A stretch of 64,000 nt of DNA. Origin: Octopus sinensis (taxonomy: Eukaryota). The notes beneath the pieces were generated by a model. The model was not told where the DNA came from. It ran no database searches and was given only the letters and a program-made list of their open reading frames with translations. The stretch spans positions 63,612,001 through 63,676,000 of the forward strand of contig NC_043009.1 of NCBI RefSeq assembly GCF_006345805.1, read 5' to 3'. Below are positions 62,191 through 64,000 of the stretch, one piece after another; within the stretch, counting starts at the first letter, position 1, and the number at the start of each line of letters is the position of its first letter. The translations under genes were made by a program, and so were the position numbers.

Positions 62191-62243
62191 GTTACACGAC
62201 AGCTTCAACAACAGAAAATAAACCTTCCATATGTATGTGTAAA

Positions 62244-63323
62244 CAGTAGCAAACAAAAAAAGGGAAGATCAATACTTTTTTAAATTTCGGAAAAGCTAGT
62301 AAACACACAAATTCGCAATTGGTTTCATAAATACGGTTAACCATCAGCTAAATTCTGTGAAAAATCTAAGTTTGTACAACGGTCTTAATAAAAGTTAATA
62401 ACACTAACACTAGTTTCATCCAAATGTCTCACATGCAAAATAAGAGAAAATTGAAACCAAAAAATGCTTCAATTGACTCAAAACCATAAAAATGAATGAA
62501 AGAAATGTAAATAGGAACTTAATACAATTAGTGTGATGTTGGTAGACCTTGGTTGGAGATCACCTCTGCACATCAATTGCCACAAGACATAACAAGTTTC
62601 CTACACAAGTCAGGTGTTACTTTCTTCCATTCCTCTTCTAATATCTCCCATAAATTCATCGTAGTAAGTAGTTGGTGCCCTTTGTGGTACTTTGTCTCCA
62701 AGTATCTTCCAAAGGTTTTCAATTGGGTTCAAGTCTGGACTTTGTGCTGGCCACTTCATTGCTTGGATATTTTGTTCACTAAAGAATCCAGTGACACGTT
62801 TTGCAGTATGACAAGGGGCATAATCTTGCATGAAAATGCACAGCTGATTCAGAAATGCTTGTAATGATGGGATCACAGGCTGTCTAACCAAATTCAAATA
62901 GATATTAGCATTAATAATCCCTTTAATCTGCACTAGAGGGCCAACTCCTTCAGAAGAAATCATTACCCACACCATGACAACTTCCTCCTCCAAACTTGGC
63001 AGACTTCTTCAGCCTTTGGATTTTAGCCGATCTCCTCTGAAGCGCCTGACATACTCTCTACCATCTGAACCTACTACAATGTTTGAAATTTCCAGAAATT
63101 TCTGAAGGAATCTAATCATTCTCTTATTTTGCACATGAGACATTTGGACAAAACTAATGTATGTGTTATTAACTTTTATTAAGACCATAGTAAAATATTA
63201 GGTTTTCCCCCATAATTTAGCTAACAGTTTAACTGTATTTACGAAACCAATTACGAATTTGTACATTCACAAGCTTTTCCAACATTTAAAAAAATATTAA
63301 TTGTTCTCTTTTTTAGCTTGCTA

Positions 63324-63326
<3 letters not shown>
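62244..63326 (-). mobile_element. Internally deleted Tc1-like (DD34E) element with TIRs of about 210 bp
   Basis: TIRs at about 62244-62450 and 63118-63326 (CAGTAGCAA...TTGCTACTG|TA). The minus strand encodes VMVW...QDYAPCH...SPDLNPIENLW with D-34-E spacing; the DNA-binding domain is absent. Confidence 0.92.
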
Positions 63327-63368
<42 letters not shown>

Positions 63369-63428
63369 ATATACTTAAAATAAATTCAGTACAAGGAAAA
63401 CCAATTTTTGTATATATACACACACACA

Positions 63429-63520
63429 TTGGATTGGATTGGATTGCCTATGTTCAGTCAACTGCAGGATGAAGGCCTCAGCATATTCTTTCCACCAACT
63501 GCAGTCTGATGAGGGGGCCA
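63429..63520 (-). mobile_element. RTE-like LINE 3' end with (CAATC)n tail
   Basis: The minus strand reads WKEYAEAFILQL followed by caatccaatccaatcc. Confidence 0.5.
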
Positions 63521-64000
63521 TGAACTTGAGTTTCAGATTATACTGGTTCGATGAGCTTACTCAGCCACACTGGCTCATAATGGCTCGGCAGAGGGGTGTA
63601 ATTTTTTTTTTATACTCTTACCCAGGATTAGTATACTCTTATCCAGGAGTAGTTATTACATTGACCCCAGTGCTCAACTGGTACTTATTTTATCAACTCC
63701 GAAAGGATAAAAGGCAAAGTCGGCCTCAGCAGAATTTGAATGTATGAATGGACGAAATACTGAATGTATGAATGGACGAAATACTGTGAAGCATTTCGCC
63801 TGGTGTGCTAACAATTCAGCCACCTCAACACCTTAATTATATTTTACATATTTATATTTACATATCACATATTTTTAGACATTAAGAAAATCTCAAATGT
63901 AGGAGAATAATTGTGAAAACAGCTTTAGAAAATTGGGTAAAGTATCCCTATAAACAGAAAAGGTGTTGGGAAGGGCATCCAGCTGTAGAAACCTTGCTAG

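Overview
Eukaryotic, AT-rich, repeat-saturated DNA. The tRNA-derived SINE families, microsatellite load and intron size point to an octopus (Octopus sp.) genome; this is inferred from repeat content and was not verified by search. Two protein-coding genes lie on the minus strand. (1) Nine coding exons (45736 to 26246) of a MOSPD2 orthologue give about 312 aa: end of the CRAL-TRIO domain, linker, MSP domain, short coiled coil and C-terminal TM anchor. There is also a spliced 3'UTR with a poly(A) site near 20925 and a candidate CpG-rich promoter with 5' exons at about 56.9-57.9 kb. The exons for most of the CRAL-TRIO domain were not found. (2) The promoter (TATA plus Inr) and first coding exon ([19 protein letters not shown]) of a beta-tubulin gene, whose first intron exceeds 11.3 kb and runs off the window. 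The rest is SINEs (at least 5 families, often multimeric or nested), a full-length dead mariner, an internally deleted Tc1, a DD41D foldback element, piggyBac/hAT/mariner MITEs, non-autonomous Helitrons, LINE scraps and Penelope-type pLTR fragments. Most interesting: four minimal type I hammerhead ribozyme motifs from two Penelope-related families, all on the minus strand. One family is fused to a tRNA-like head, and the other has a family-wide CUGUCGA core variant. Also notable are a cluster of long foldback repeats in one MOSPD2 intron, a pre-miRNA-like hairpin, an array of hairpin units in the putative 5'UTR exon, and a possible CRAL-TRIO-less MOSPD2 isoform. Coordinates were counted by hand. 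Exon boundaries were checked against reading frame; repeat boundaries are approximate. Nearly all ORFs in the supplied track are artefacts of repeats.
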